Assembly: GCA_964016885.1 (NCBI GenBank)
Contig: OZ024742.1
Coordinates: 225,742,001-225,806,000, forward strand
Source: Eledone cirrhosa
Lineage: Eukaryota
DNA: 64,000 nt
Direction of reading: 5' to 3'
Below, piece after piece: positions 24,653 through 37,510 of the stretch (position 1 is the stretch's first letter; each line of letters opens with the position of its first letter). The translations under genes were made by a program, and so were the position numbers. The notes under the pieces are model-generated. The model was not told the DNA's origin and searched no databases. It worked only from the letters and a program-made list of their open reading frames with translations.

Positions 24653-25095
24653 TGAGAAAAAGCACCCAGCACTCACTGTAAATGAGTTTGGCACTAAGAA
24701 GGGCATCCAGCTGTAGAAACCAAGCCCAAATCAGTTCTGTACGAGAAAGACATGGTCACCTGACCTAGCATTGCTCACAACAGGATAACTCGTCTAACCC
24801 ATGCCAACATGGAAAAATGGACGATATATATATATATCATCTTCACCATCATTGTTTAATGTTCATTTTTCCATGCTGGCATGGGTGAGACAGGTTGTTA
24901 TGTTATGAAACAAGTCAGGTCAGGTGACCATGTGTGCTCATACGGATTTGTATTTTGGCTTCTGGGTCAACAGCTGGATGCCCTTCCTAACGCCAACCAT
25001 GTTACAGTGTGGATTGGGTGCTTTGTTTTTCTTGTGTCACCAGCATGATCACCTTACAGGGTGTATATATGTGTGTGTTTATATATATATATATA

Positions 25096-25126
<31 letters not shown>

Positions 25127-25140
25127 TTATATTTATGTAT

Positions 25141-25202
<62 letters not shown>

Positions 25203-25231
25203 TTATGTATGTATGTGTGTATATATATACA

Positions 25232-26243
25232 CTAGCATTAAAGCCCGGCATTGCTCGGGGTCAGTAAGTTACCAAAGTTAGGTTGCACCACCCATTTTAT
25301 AGCACCACTTTTTTGTCTGCCAGGCACTGCGTGAATGAATTGCAGACCTAGACTGCTGAAGCAGGAGCTGCGCCAGCAGTGACAATTGTAGTTTTACCTA
25401 TGGATATTATCTCTGTGCAAAGAAGTGTTGAAATTTATTGTTTCACAGTACTTGCGCAACACGCGCGTAGATGATGCCAGGCGAACAACAGAGCTGCGAT
25501 GGAGTTGTTCTGCATGGTTATCTAATGTGTGTTTTCTAAATTTAAGACAGTAGGGAGTGGTGTGATATGGGGGAGAGTTAGCTGCTGTTTCTAGCAGGTT
25601 TAGTGACCTCATAGAGGATATGTTTTCTAAATTTAAGACAGTAGGGAGGGGGGTGATATGGGGGAGAGTTAGCTGCTGTTTCTAGCAGGTTTAGTGATCT
25701 CATAGAGGATATTATTGTGTATAGTAAATAAACTGATACTTCTTTCTTCCACGTTCGTTGAGAGGTTTTAAAAAAGATTTATCGCTATTTTTTTTTGTTG
25801 TTGAATAAATTTATCTGTTGCTTTTGAATAATTGTTGTTTCATATGAAATGTAATAAGTTCTCTTTGTCATTGAAGTAAATAAATGTTTGATCGTTCCAC
25901 ACTCAAAAACAAACGTTCTCTCTCTCTCTCTCTCTCTCACTCTCTTCTCTCTCTCTTCGGCGTTCCTAAAGGAAGTTTGTAAGCATGTATGTAGGTTTAT
26001 CGAATTTTAAGGGGTGTAGAGAGGGGGTATCAGATTGTATTAGAGGGGTAAAGCATCATGTATTTAGTTTTATCGATTATTTCCGTAATTCTGGGTGAGT
26101 TTGAATGAAATAAATAGTCGTTGACCATTTACAACATTCTTACAGACTTTGAGTCGAATCGGTTTGAAATTGTGCAAATGTATAAACATGGAACATGCAC
26201 ACACACACACACACAACAACAATCTGCCTTTTATAGATAATGA
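25232..26243 (-). mobile_element. Non-autonomous Helitron
   Basis: Minus-strand 3' end CCCGAGCAATGCCGGG hairpin ... GCTAG|T; 5' region TCATTATCTATAAAAGG followed by (GT)n; internal ~91-bp tandem duplication at 25530-25711. Confidence 0.75.
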
Positions 26244-26357
26244 TATATATATATATGTGTGTGTGTGTGTGTATATATAGATATACACACACACACCCAT
26301 ATATATATATATATATATATAAATATATATACATACACACATAAATATATATGTACA

Positions 26358-27992
26358 AGAATATAGGGTACAAGAGGCAATTAAGGAAATGAAGAATGGT
26401 AAGGCTGCTGGACCGTCGGGGATAGTTGCTGAGATGCTGAAGGCATCAAGAGAAGTAGACACTAAACTGGTTGCATGTATCATCAATCAAGCTATATATG
26501 GTGGTATCATATTCAAAGACTAGTGCAGCAGTATTCTCATAAATTTCTACAAAGGTAAAGGGGATGTTCTGGAGAGGAGCAATTAAAATAAAACTGATGG
26601 ATCAAGTTTTGAAAGTGGCAGAGAGAATATTAGCGCAACTGATTAGAGAAAGGGTCAAATTAGATGAGATGCAGTTTGGTTTTGTGATTTGGAAAAGTAC
26701 AACAGATGCCCTCTTCTTAGTGAGACAACTACAAGAGAGGTTCTAAGAACCTCTCTTGTAGTTGAATAAACCACTATACTTAGCTTTTGTTGACCCAGAG
26801 AAGGCCTTTGATAGGGTACCCCGATCTGTCATCTGGTGGTCCCTAAGGAAACTAGGTGTAGAGAAATGGCTTGTGAGGACAGTGCAAGCTATGTACAGGG
26901 GTGCTGTCAGTAAAGTGAGAGTAGGAATGGAGTTTAGTGAAGAATTCAAGATACAACTAGGTGTACATCAGGGTTCGGCCCTCAGCCCACTCTTGTTCAT
27001 TATAGTCCTCCAAGCCATAACAGAGGAGTTTAAGACTGGATGCCCATGGGAACTTCTCTGTGCTGATGATCTGATTCTTATAGCAGAATCAAGAGGACTG
27101 AGAGTGAACATAGCTAAGACAAAAGTGTTGATAAGTAGAAGAGAGGACAATACTCTGATTCCATCAGGGAAATGGCCATGTTTGATATGTAGAAAAGGAA
27201 CTGGCTTAAATTCTATAAAATCTACGCAATGCAAATCTTGGGTACACAAGAGATGTAGTGGGATAGCAGGCAAACTAACAGGTAGGGAAAACTACGTATG
27301 TAGCAGATGTACAGGGAAAGTTGGCAGTTATAATTGCAGTGATAGACACATTTTTCCAATGCAGGTGGGTTCTATAGAAGTGGTTGATAGCTTCCGGTAC
27401 CTAGGTGATCAGATTAGCATGGGAGGAGGGTGTTCCGAGGCCATAGTATCTAGAATAAGGACGGGCTGGAAGAAGTTTAGGGAGCTGCTTCTTCTGTTGA
27501 CAAAGAAGGGTTTCTTCCTTCGTACGAAAGGCCAGTTATATGATGCCTGTGTGAGATATGCGCGATGCTGCATGGTAGTGAGACATGGGCAGCAACTGCA
27601 GAGGATATGCGATAGCTGGAGAGAAATGAAACAAGTATGCTCCGTTGGATGTACAATGTCAATGTGCGTGAACGACCAAGCATAGACGAGTTGAGAAAGA
27701 AACTGGGTATAAGAGGGATAAGTTGTGGTGTGTAGGAGAGAAGACAGGTAGTATGGACATGTGATGCGCATGGAGGATGACTGCTGTGTAAAGAAGTACC
27801 AAGAAATGCCAGTAGAAGGAAGACGCAGTAGAGGAAGATCACGAAAAACATGGGCGGAGGTGGTGAAAGCGGACCTCAGATCACTGAAACTCACGGAGGA
27901 GATGACCGTGACAAGTGGAGAGATGCTGTGCTGAATAGGACCCGTCCCAACCTTGCAAGCAGGGAAAAGCGGACGTAAAATGATGATGATGA
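26358..27992 (+). mobile_element. RTE-clade LINE, 5'-truncated, with 3' tail
   Basis: ORFs 26564-26746 and 26762-27685 carry RT motifs and the Cys/His cluster; ends GAAAAGCGGACGTAAAA(TGA)n; very similar to the copy at 1803-3062. Confidence 0.93.
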
Positions 27993-28384
27993 TATATATA
28001 TAGCAACTAAGACCATCAATCGCCTTAACTTGAACACAAACGAATCTACATGAATCCAAAGTTATGCATGAACACAATCAAATGTACTAACAGTTGATCC
28101 CACAGATGGACCATTATATTTACTGTGTGTATCTGGTTTAGAATAGGTACCTTGTATCCCTGTGAATCACAAAAGGTGTCTAAAAGGGTTGGTGACAGGA
28201 AGGGCTAGTTAAAAAAGGACCCTATGATCAGTACAAAGCCTATTCTGGTGCCTGTAAGGCTAACCCTTGCTTGAACAGGGCTTTAAAATAATTTTACTGT
28301 TGGTGTTTACAATAAATGTCTGTTAATTATTTATATTTTGTATATCTTTCTTAACAGATTCTAAATCTTGGTAATTAATTCCAG

Positions 28385-28703
28385 GTTTCCAGTGTACGAA
28401 AACCTTCTGTATGCGCAATACATCGTTAATACCTATGTATTTTCGGTTGCATGTACCAGGAGATGGCGTTGTTGACAGCATTCCAAGTATCAAAGGAAAT
28501 TCTTACCCAAAGAGAGTTGATCAAGCTGGTCTACCCCCAAAAGAGTTTGAAATCATACCATCAGAGGGAGTTGTTGAAGCTCTGAGTTCTCTCAGAGTGA
28601 CAGTTCATTTTGTATCTAACACTGTTTCACTGTATGAAATGGCTCTGGTAGTTGATGTTGTTGATGTGGCAGACCAGGTGTTCTCAATGCCAATTACAGC
28701 CAG
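28385..28703 (+). CDS. HYDIN: HYDIN coding exon 11
   Basis: FQCTKTFCMRNTSLIPMYFRLHVPGDG...PKEFEIIPSEG...SNTVSLYEMALVVDV...ITA(R). Confidence 0.94.
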
Positions 28704-28759
28704 GTAATTAGGCTAGATCATAGTTCTGTATCCAATATTGTTTTGCAGTATTTGTTCTG

Positions 28760-30415
28760 GCACTTTAGGTTTCTCAGTTCAAATATCACCAGGGTCAATT
28801 TTGCTTTTGATTTTTCTAGGGTTGATAAAATAACGTATCTGTCAAGTACTGGGGTTGATATTTTCAACTTTACCCTCTCCTTGAAATTGCTGACCTTGAG
28901 CCTAGATTATTATTATTATTATTATTGTTGGATTGGCAGTATCGGTAGAGAGTCGGACACCATGCTTTGCAGCATAGAGTTACAATCCTTTACGGACTGA
29001 GTTCAAATCCCACCGAGGTTAACTTTGCCTTTCATCCTTACAAGGTTGATAAAATAAAGCACCAGTAATGTACTGGGATAATTTAATTGACTTTCTCCTC
29101 CCCCCAAATTACTGGCCTTGTGCCTATATAAGAAACCATTATTATTATGGTGGATTGGCAGTATTGGTAGAGTGTCAGACACCATGCTTCGTGGCATAGA
29201 GATACGGCCCTTTACATCTGAGTTCAAATCCTGCCAAAGTTAACTTTGGAGTCGATAAAATAAAGTACCAGTCACGCACTGGGGTCAATTTAATCAACTT
29301 TCCTCTCCCCCAAAATTGCTGGCCTTGTGCCTATATAAGAAACAATTATTACTAGCATGTGTAGTGTGTATATTGATATTATATGCAGGTATATATACAT
29401 GTAGATGTGATACATCAAATAAAATCGTAATTGACAATATATAATACATAGAAATTGAACGAAGACTGCGTTACACTGTCTTATTTAATCAGTAACGTAA
29501 TCCATGATACATTAAAAAAGACGACATTATATATAAACTGCATTAGGAGAAAATTAGTGACAGAAAATTAGTATGTTTATTTAAGCGATGGCCAACCGGA
29601 AGTGTTGACATTTCAGAAATTTTAAAAAAGAAGTGAATCTATAAATAAATAAAATATATTTAATCAACAGCCACAAAATTTAGTAGATAAATTATGTAGG
29701 ATTGGCAGTATCAGTAGAGGGTCGGACGCCATGCTTTGACGCATAGAGTTACGGCCCTTGCCATTCTGAGTTCAAATCCCGCCGAGGTTGACTTTGCCTT
29801 TCATCCTTACGGGGTCGATAAAATAAAGTACCAGTAATGCACTGGGTAATTGTTGGCCTTGTGCCTAAAGTAGAAACAATTATTTATTCAAAGTAATCCA
29901 ATTTATTTTACTAATGAGATAAAAAATTTATATAAACCGTACACAGTCCCGCGCTCCTTACTTTATTATTGTTTAGATTATTATAGTGGATTGGCATCCA
30001 CTATAATAATTGTTTCTATTTTTGGTACAAGGCCAGCAATTATTCCAGTACATTACTGGTACTTTATTTTATCGACCCCGTAAGGATGAAAGGCAAAGTC
30101 AACCTCGCCAGGATTTGAACTCAGATCATAAAGGGACGTAACTATGCTGGAAAGCATGGCGTCCAACCCTCTACTGATACTGCCAATCAACCACTATAAT
30201 AATGGTAGTGTGTCGGACACCATGCTTTGTGGCATAGAGTTATGTCCTTTTATGTTCTGAGTTCATATCGTGTCGAGGCTAGCTTTGCCTTTCATCCTTA
30301 CAGGGTTGATAAAATAAAGTATCAGTAATGCACTGGGGGTTGATTTAATTCAATTCTTCCACCCACCAAAAAATGTTGGCCTTGTGCTTAAATCAGAAAA
30401 CATTATTATCATTAT
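28760..30415. mobile_element. Cluster of about six Meta-domain-type SINEs (five +, one - at 30003-30195)
   Basis: Repeated head/B-box/central/tail modules separated by (ATT)n. Confidence 0.85.
29352..29977 (-). mobile_element. Second, near-identical copy of the 21961-22447 Helitron with a SINE at 29699-29880
   Basis: A|CTAGCATGTG...GTTTAGA|T; nearly identical to 21994-22447; terminal hairpin missing. Confidence 0.85.
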
Positions 30416-30418
30416 TAT

Positions 30419-30730
30419 GGAGGCACATGGCTTAGTGGTTAGAGCACTGGCCTTGCAATCGAAAGGTTGTGAGTTCAATTCTCAGACCGGGTGATGTGTT
30501 GTTTCCTTGAGCAAGACACTTTATTTCACATTGCTCCAGTTTACTCAGCTGCAAAGTGGTCGTGCAGGTGCCACGGAAAAAAGCACCCAGCACTCACTGT
30601 AAATGAGGTTGGTGTTAGGAAGGGCATCCGGCTGTAGAAATCAAGCCAGAATCAGTTCCCGTCCCACCCTTGCAAGCAGCGAAAAAGCGGACGTAAAATG
30701 AAATGATGATGATGATGATGATGATGATGG
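30419..30730 (+). mobile_element. tRNA-derived SINE with RTE-type 3' tail
   Basis: A box TGGCTTAGTGG, B box GAGTTCAATTC, central TCCTTGAGCAAGACACTTT; tail CCCGTCCCACCCTTGCAAGCAG..AAAAGCGGACGTAAAA(TGA)n matches the RTE end at 27940-27992. Confidence 0.85.
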
Positions 30731-31616
30731 TGACGAGGATGATGATGGCAGATGCAGTGATGATGACGACAACAAATTGGCAGAATTGTTAGAGCATCAG
30801 ACAAAATATTTAGAGGCATCTACTTACAGCCTTTTACATTCTGAATTCAAATCCTGCTGGGGTTAGCTTTGACTTTCATCTTTCTGGCGTTGATAAAATA
30901 AAGTATCAGTCAACTACTGGAGTCAATATAATTGACTTCCACTCCCACCAAACCACTGACCCTGTGCTTAAATTAGAAACCATTTTTATGATTATGAAGA
31001 CTCACCCTCTCATGCTTGAACTGAGGCATATATCTAGTAGGCAACACCTTCCTCTACCATGCCTCCTCCCGTACAACCCCCTTGCTGTAACCATCTCTCC
31101 CCATACCTACATCCTCAATTTCCACAAGCTTCTTCCCCACCCTCCCAAGTTCCCATCCCACACCATGAAGTGTTCTCTCTGGAGCCACAACAAAAGTCCC
31201 CAGTCCACACTATATGTATGTGTCAAGACAAAAGCACCCAGTTCACGTGCTGTAAAGTGGTCATGTAGGAATCATGACTAAGAGCACCCAGTCCACATGG
31301 TAAAGTAGTCGTGTCGGCGACACGACAAAAAGTGCCCAGTCCCACACTGTAAAGTCGTGTAGGTGTCACGACAAAAAGCACCCAGCACACACTGTAAATG
31401 TGGCTGGTGTTAGGAAGGGCATCCAGCCATAGAAACCAAGCCAAAATCTGCCCTGTGCGAGCGAAATACGGTTCTCTGACCTGATCTTTTACAAAGGGAC
31501 AACCTGTCTTACCCATGCTAGTGTGGAAAATGGACGTTAAATGATGATGTTGATGAAGATGATGATGATGGTGATGATACTTATGGGAAAACATTTTGAT
31601 TTCATGTCCTTTCTAG

Positions 31617-31800
31617 ATGCTTGGTGCCAACAGTTGTCGTCAGTAACCCGGTTTTGACCTATAACCGATGTTTCTTGAACTATCCTTACACACAATATGT
31701 CAAGTTACAGAACCTCTCTAATCTGCGAGCTCGTTACGATCTTGAACCACAGGAACCCTCCGTTATGACATCCATTTCATACTGCAGCAGTGAACCTTCA
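31617..31800 (+). CDS. HYDIN: HYDIN coding exon 12
   Basis: CLVPTVVVSNPVLTYNRCFLNYPYTQYVKLQNLSNLRARYDLEPQ...SSEPS|gtaagt. Confidence 0.92.
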
Positions 31801-32605
31801 GTAAGTTTTCCTTCTGTGTTTCTTAAATATGGCAAATTGGTAGAGTCATTAGAGTGGTGGATAAAATGCTTCATAGTATTTGCTCTAGCTATCTGTGTTC
31901 TGAGTTCAAATCCTGCTAATGTTAACTTTGTCTTTCATTTTTTTTAGGTTGACTGGGATTGATTCTTCTATATCACTTTTACACTTTCTTACTCTCGCTA
32001 TCTTTCTTTCTCTGGAAGAAATCGGCTGTATTCAGACTTGGAGAGAGATGGGCTCCAACCAGGTTTAAATAGCCATAAAATTCTTGATAATTTTCAAATT
32101 TAATTAAAAATCATAGGCAGCGTATTTCGTTAGAAATATGGAAATAAAAAGTTTAGAATTCATGGTTGGTGAATGTGGGGCAGCAGAGAATAGAAAAGAG
32201 AATGCTCCAGTATCTGAGTGGAGTGTTGTTCATAGAGACTAAGACAAACAATAAATTACAGAGGATAATAGAAATTGAACCAGTGATAAATGTTGTGAAG
32301 GGAAAGGGAATGATATGGTTGGGTCATGTTCTGAAAAAAGATGAAAATGACTGGGTTGGAGGAATGATGGAAATGAACGTAGACGGAAGTAATGGAAGGG
32401 GAAAAACAAGAAAGACATAGCTAAAGATAATGGAGAAGGAAATGATAGCTAGGGTGTTGGTGAAGGAGAATGAAGAAGCTTGTCATGGGTCCTGCAAAGT
32501 TAACTCCTGCTTTAGCAGAGGAAATCTTTGTGGCTATTATTGATATTGTCATTCCATTAATAACGGTAATCACAAGATTTTTTTTATTGAATATTTCTTT
32601 TTTAG

Positions 32606-32722
32606 GGGATAATTGAACCATTTAGCTTCTTTGATGTACCTTTGACTATAAAAACTGCATGTCTGAGAGATTTAATAGCCCCAGCTTATTTTAAAGTTTT
32701 TGGCAGTCCTGACTATATTTCA
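32606..32722 (+). CDS. HYDIN: HYDIN coding exon 13
   Basis: GIIEPFSFFDVPLTIKTACLRDLIAPAYFKVFGSPDYIS; tttag|...|gtaagt. Confidence 0.87.
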
Positions 32723-34074
32723 GTAAGTTATTTTGCATTAAATTGCTCTGCTATTTTGTTTTTTGTATTTGTTTTGCAAGTGTCTTGATGTGAGATTGTG
32801 TTGAAACAGATTTTGTTATGGTTTGGGATTGTCATGATACCTATCAAACAAAGCACATGGTTGAATTTCACAGAGAGAAAAAGATGGAGAAGACCAGACG
32901 TCAATTTGGGGAGAAGGCATAGAAGGCTAAATGTCAATTAATAAGGTCACAGACTGTAATGAAATAGCTTTGACAATTAGATAATTAACCAATTGGTTGA
33001 TTAACCTCCACTGGTGGATGGATTGATTATCTAATTAGTAATAAAAACTGAAATGAAACTCAATAGATGCACATGTTTTACTCTGGTATTTTTATACTAA
33101 GAATGACTCATTTTGTGTTGAGGGCAATTATTATTCAAATATATATTTGGTTAGTATTGTACTGGGGTGGGAGGAAGAGTCATATTGCCAATAAAAACAT
33201 GTAGTTGTTTTTCACTTGTTACTCATGTTTTGGCATGGTCTCTGCTTCTGGATGCCATTCTTATCACCAAGCAGTTTACAGCATGGACTGGTGCATTTTA
33301 TAGTGCGTTGAACACTGTGTCATTATTATTTTTTTCAGAGCGACTGCCTCCCTAGATGGATTGCTTTCATTATGGTTTATGAAGTCCATTTATCCTGTAT
33401 ACTTTTTATATTCAGTTTATTCTAAAATCATTCCATATTAATTTATATAAGAACCATTGTTAAATTATGTTCCAATTTAATAATGAGAAAGTTAGTTAGC
33501 TTACTGAATCATTCTAAATTCTTGATTATTTAAAAAATTATTTGAAAGTCATAGGCAGTGTCTTTCATTAATCAATGAATTAACTAATTATTTCAGTGAT
33601 TTATAACCAAGTCAAAGTGAAAAACTACCAGTACATGAAAAAGTGTTAATAATAATTTCTTACATGATAATGAAATATGATACATATTTTAAAAAAAAAT
33701 GTAATTATTTAGGGCTGGTGCTATGATAAAATAAATCCAGTACACTCTCTAAAGTATGATAAAATGCATGCAGTACACTCTGTAAAGTGGTTGGCATTAG
33801 GAAGGGCATCCAGCCATAGAAAATCAGTTGTGTCAAGGGCATGACAACCTCCTTAGTGTTGGTGCCATATTAAAACATACACTAGACTTTTTAAAGTGCT
33901 GGAATGTAAGTGAGACTGTTTGAGAGGTGGGTAGCTCTGGCTAGCTTCGACTAAGTACTGACCTGGTCTGTGACAACCTTTTCAACCCATGCCAGCATGG
34001 AAAAGCAGACATTAAATGATGATGATAATGATGATTATGATCTTTATTAAATAAAATATTTTGATTTATTTTAG

Positions 34075-34224
34075 GTTGAAATTTCTTGCTATGGTGAAGG
34101 TCCTGTGGTGCATGTGACACCACTTGAGATTGACTGGGGCACCATTACAGTGCTGAAGGATGTTGATAGAAAAATTACCCTGTTAAATGAATCTCCAATC
34201 CCTGCTACATTTGAAGCAAGTATG
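34075..34224 (+). CDS. HYDIN: HYDIN coding exon 14
   Basis: VEISCYGEGPVVHVTPLEIDWGTITVLKDVDRKITLLNESPIPATFEASM. Confidence 0.92.
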
Positions 34225-34496
34225 GTAAGTTGGTTTCTTCTAGTTGGTTTCATAACAGGTTGATGGTTCTTCTGGGTGGGTTGTTGGCTCTCCGCCGAAT
34301 AGTCGGATGATGAGACTGCCGTCTTGGCAAGACGATGCTTTAGGATTCCTGGCTTAGGATGACTCCGGCCTCATTGAGCAAGAGCAAGAAGAAGAAAGTA
34401 AGTTGGACAAGTCTATATTTAATTAGTTGAACAGAAGCAATTTAGGGCAGTAGGAAGTACACATTAGTCATGCCTTTCCCAAGGCAAACTCACTAG

Positions 34497-35160
34497 AGCT
34501 GGTACCATGATAAATACACCCAGTACACTCTGTAAAGTAGTAGTCCTGTGCCACAATAAAATGCACCCAGTACATTTGGTAAAATAGTAGTGCTGGTGCC
34601 ACAATAAAATGTACATACTCTTTACTCTGTAAAGTAGTAGCACTGGTGTCACAATAAAATGTACCTCGTACACTCTGTAAAGTAGAAGTACTGGTGCCAC
34701 AATAAAATGTAACCAATACACTCTGTATAGTAGTAGTACTGGTGCCACAATAAAATGTATTCAGTACACTCTGTAAAGTAGTAGTACTGGTGCCACAATA
34801 AAAGGCACCTAGTACATGCTCTAAAGTGGTAGTGTTGGTGCCACTATAAAATACACCTAGTACACTCTCTAAAGTGTTGGTGGTGCCACTATAAAATACA
34901 CCTGGTACACTCTCTAAAGTGTTGGTGGTGCCACTATGAAATACACCTAGTACACTCTCTAAAGTGTTGGTGGTGCCACTATCAAATACACCTAGTACAC
35001 TCTCTAAAGTGTTGGTGGTTGTGCCACTATCAAATACACCTAGTATATTCTCTAAAGTGTTAGTGCTGATGACATGATAAAATGTGCCTAGCATACTTTG
35101 GAAAGTGGTGATATTGATGCAATGATAAAATGCTTTTAGTATGATTTGTAAAGTGGTTGG
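34497..35160 (+). repeat. Second expansion (~14 units, 45-48 bp) of a diverged version of the RTE-tail unit
   Basis: Unit CAGTACACTCTGTAAAGTAGTAGTACTGGTGCCACAATAAAATGCACC, ending in the same GCATCCAGCTGTAGAAA-like module. Confidence 0.85.
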
Positions 35161-35489
35161 CATTGAGAATGGAATCCAGCTGTAGAAATCATGCTAAAAA
35201 AATGGATCAGATGACCATGTCTTGCTCATACAAAGCTGTTTCTGGCTTGGTTTCTATGGCTGAATGTCCTTCTTAACACCAACTACATTTACAATATGTA
35301 CTGAGTGCTTTTTGTCGTGGCACCAAAACGACCACTTTTACAGTGTGGGCTGGGGTCTAGGGTGGGGATTGGAGTAGATCTAGGGATGTGGGTGAGGGGT
35401 GAGGTTTTAGAACTTGGATGGGGTGTTAGGACATAGGAAGTGAAGGTGCATACTAAATGTGGGAGATGAATGGAAGGGGGAGTGTTAGA

Positions 35490-35815
35490 GGTCCTGTCAA
35501 AAGCTTTTTCCAGGTCAACAAATGCCAGGCAGAGGGGCTTACCTTTAGCTAAGTACTTCTCCTGTAATTGCTTCACAAGGAAGAGGGTGTCAGTGATACC
35601 TTTACCTGACATAAATCTGAACTACATCTCATCTAGGTTAACCTGGTCCCTAACCAGCTGTGCTATAACTCTTTCTGTTACCTTCATGACCTGGTCCATC
35701 AACTTACCTCTATAGTTTCCTCTATCTAGTGCATCTCCTTTACCTTTGTAGCTGTTGACAATGCTGCTGCTGCACCAGTCATTCAGTATGACACCATTTA
35801 GTATTACCTGGTTTA
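35490..35815 (-). mobile_element. RTE RT fragment
   Basis: Encodes LFLVKQLQEKYLAKGKPLCLAFVDLEKAFDR. Confidence 0.8.
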
Positions 35816-35832
35816 CAATATACGAGTGGTTA

Positions 35833-37480
35833 AATAATAATAATAATGAAATTATTGTGTACAGCGCTCAGGTGCACTACAACTTGTCAAAGGTGCATGC
35901 ATGTATAGTACATGGAATAATGTACAAATGTCAGGAAAATGAACAGTGTACGAGTCATGATATACATGTGTGCATGTGTATGGAGGGGGGTTATCAGGTA
36001 TAGTGTTGGCGAATCTCAGGAAGCATAGAGGTTTTAAAGGATGCAGTGTCTCAACAGCTAAAAACTGATGCAGGTAGTTTGTTCCAAGCTTCAGCAACTC
36101 TGAGCGTGAAAAAATGTTTCCGAAAGTCATGGGAGCTGTGCTGTTTTCTGACTTTGTGGGCATACGCACGTGTGTTAGACACATGGAAATCAAAAAGATG
36201 CTCAGGGTTGTTGTTGGCAAGATGGTTAACAATTTTGTGGGTGTTTACCAAGTCAGTTGCCAGACGTCGGAGCTTCAATGTATCCATGACCAGGGAAGCA
36301 AGGCGTTCAGAGTATGGTAGATGCCTGATGGAGGGTATTTGCTTGTTTGCACGTCCCTGAACAGTTTCCAGGCGGTCAATGATCTGAGCAAGATAGGGGT
36401 TCCAGAATGGTGATGCAAATTCTAAGTGTGGCCGCACCATAGCTATATACAGCTTTAAATAGATAGCTGGAGAGCGGCTGACAAAGGTCTTGTTGAATGA
36501 TGCTAAGACACCCTGGGCCTTCTTGACAATTTTAGAGACGTGTTTCGTCCAACAAATTGCTGCTGACAGTAATGCCCAGGTCACGTTCACAAGAAGACTT
36601 CTTGATATTAGTGTTTTGGAGGGAGTATGTGGACGCTGGGTTTTTACTCCCAAAATGCATGGTGGTGCACTTGACCACAGCCAACTTGAGTTGCCAGTCC
36701 GTGATCCATTGTTGTATTGTGTCCAGGTCAGATTGCAGGAACGATCTATAGTGTTTAGGATCTGTCCTTTTTATCTCAAGGTACAGCTTGATGTCATCTG
36801 CATATTTCAGTACTGTGGCATTCTTTAAGTTGACATCTATGTCATTAATATATGCCACAAACAAAAGGGGGCCAAGAACAGATCCCTGTGGTACACCAGA
36901 TGACATCTCATACAGTGAGGAATGCTGTCCTAGAACCATGACTACCTCTCTTCGACTGAGAATGAAGGACTTCAACCAGTTAAAAAGATCATCCTTCACA
37001 CCCATTGCAGAGAGTTTTGCCATAAGTCTTTTGTGTGGCACGAATTAAAAGCTTTAGTAAAGTCAGTGTAAACAACATCCACCCATGAGCTGCCATCAGT
37101 GATCCGGGTGATGTCGTTCAAGAAACTCGATAAGTTGATCACAGCAACTGGAGTTAGGGATAAATCCAAATTGCGAGGGCCGGATAAGACTGTGAGAGTT
37201 CCAGAAGTTCCAAAGTGTTTCTCTGACACAGGATTCCATCAGTTTGGCAATGCAGCTAGTAAGACTGACTGGACGATAGTTGACAGGTGATGTGCGGTCA
37301 CCCTTTTTGGACAGAGGAATGACACTGGCAGTTTTCCACTGCTCTGGAGTAGCACCGTTGTTCAGACAGAATGGGAAGAAGCGTGATAGGTGGTGCAGAA
37401 GGAAGTACCCACTACGTTTGAGAAGCAGGTACATAACACCATCAAGACCAGGAGAGGTGTGGTTGCGTTTATTCTTCAAG
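35833..37480 (-). mobile_element. CR1-clade LINE, 5'-truncated and frameshifted, with intact 3' tail
   Basis: NYRPVSLTS, GVPQGSVLGPLLF, YADDIKLY, VRPHLEFASPFWNP, LPYSERL motifs; 3' UTR hairpin and (ATT)n tail. Confidence 0.9.
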
Positions 37481-37510
37481 CAGCTGTTATTATTCTTCTC
37501 TCCTCTGTAG

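Noticed and set aside
24924-25281. YIYI/CVCV-rich ORFs here and at 26070-26486, 57734-58962 and 63813-63933
   Set aside because: Translations of (TA)n, (TG)n and (CA)n microsatellites.
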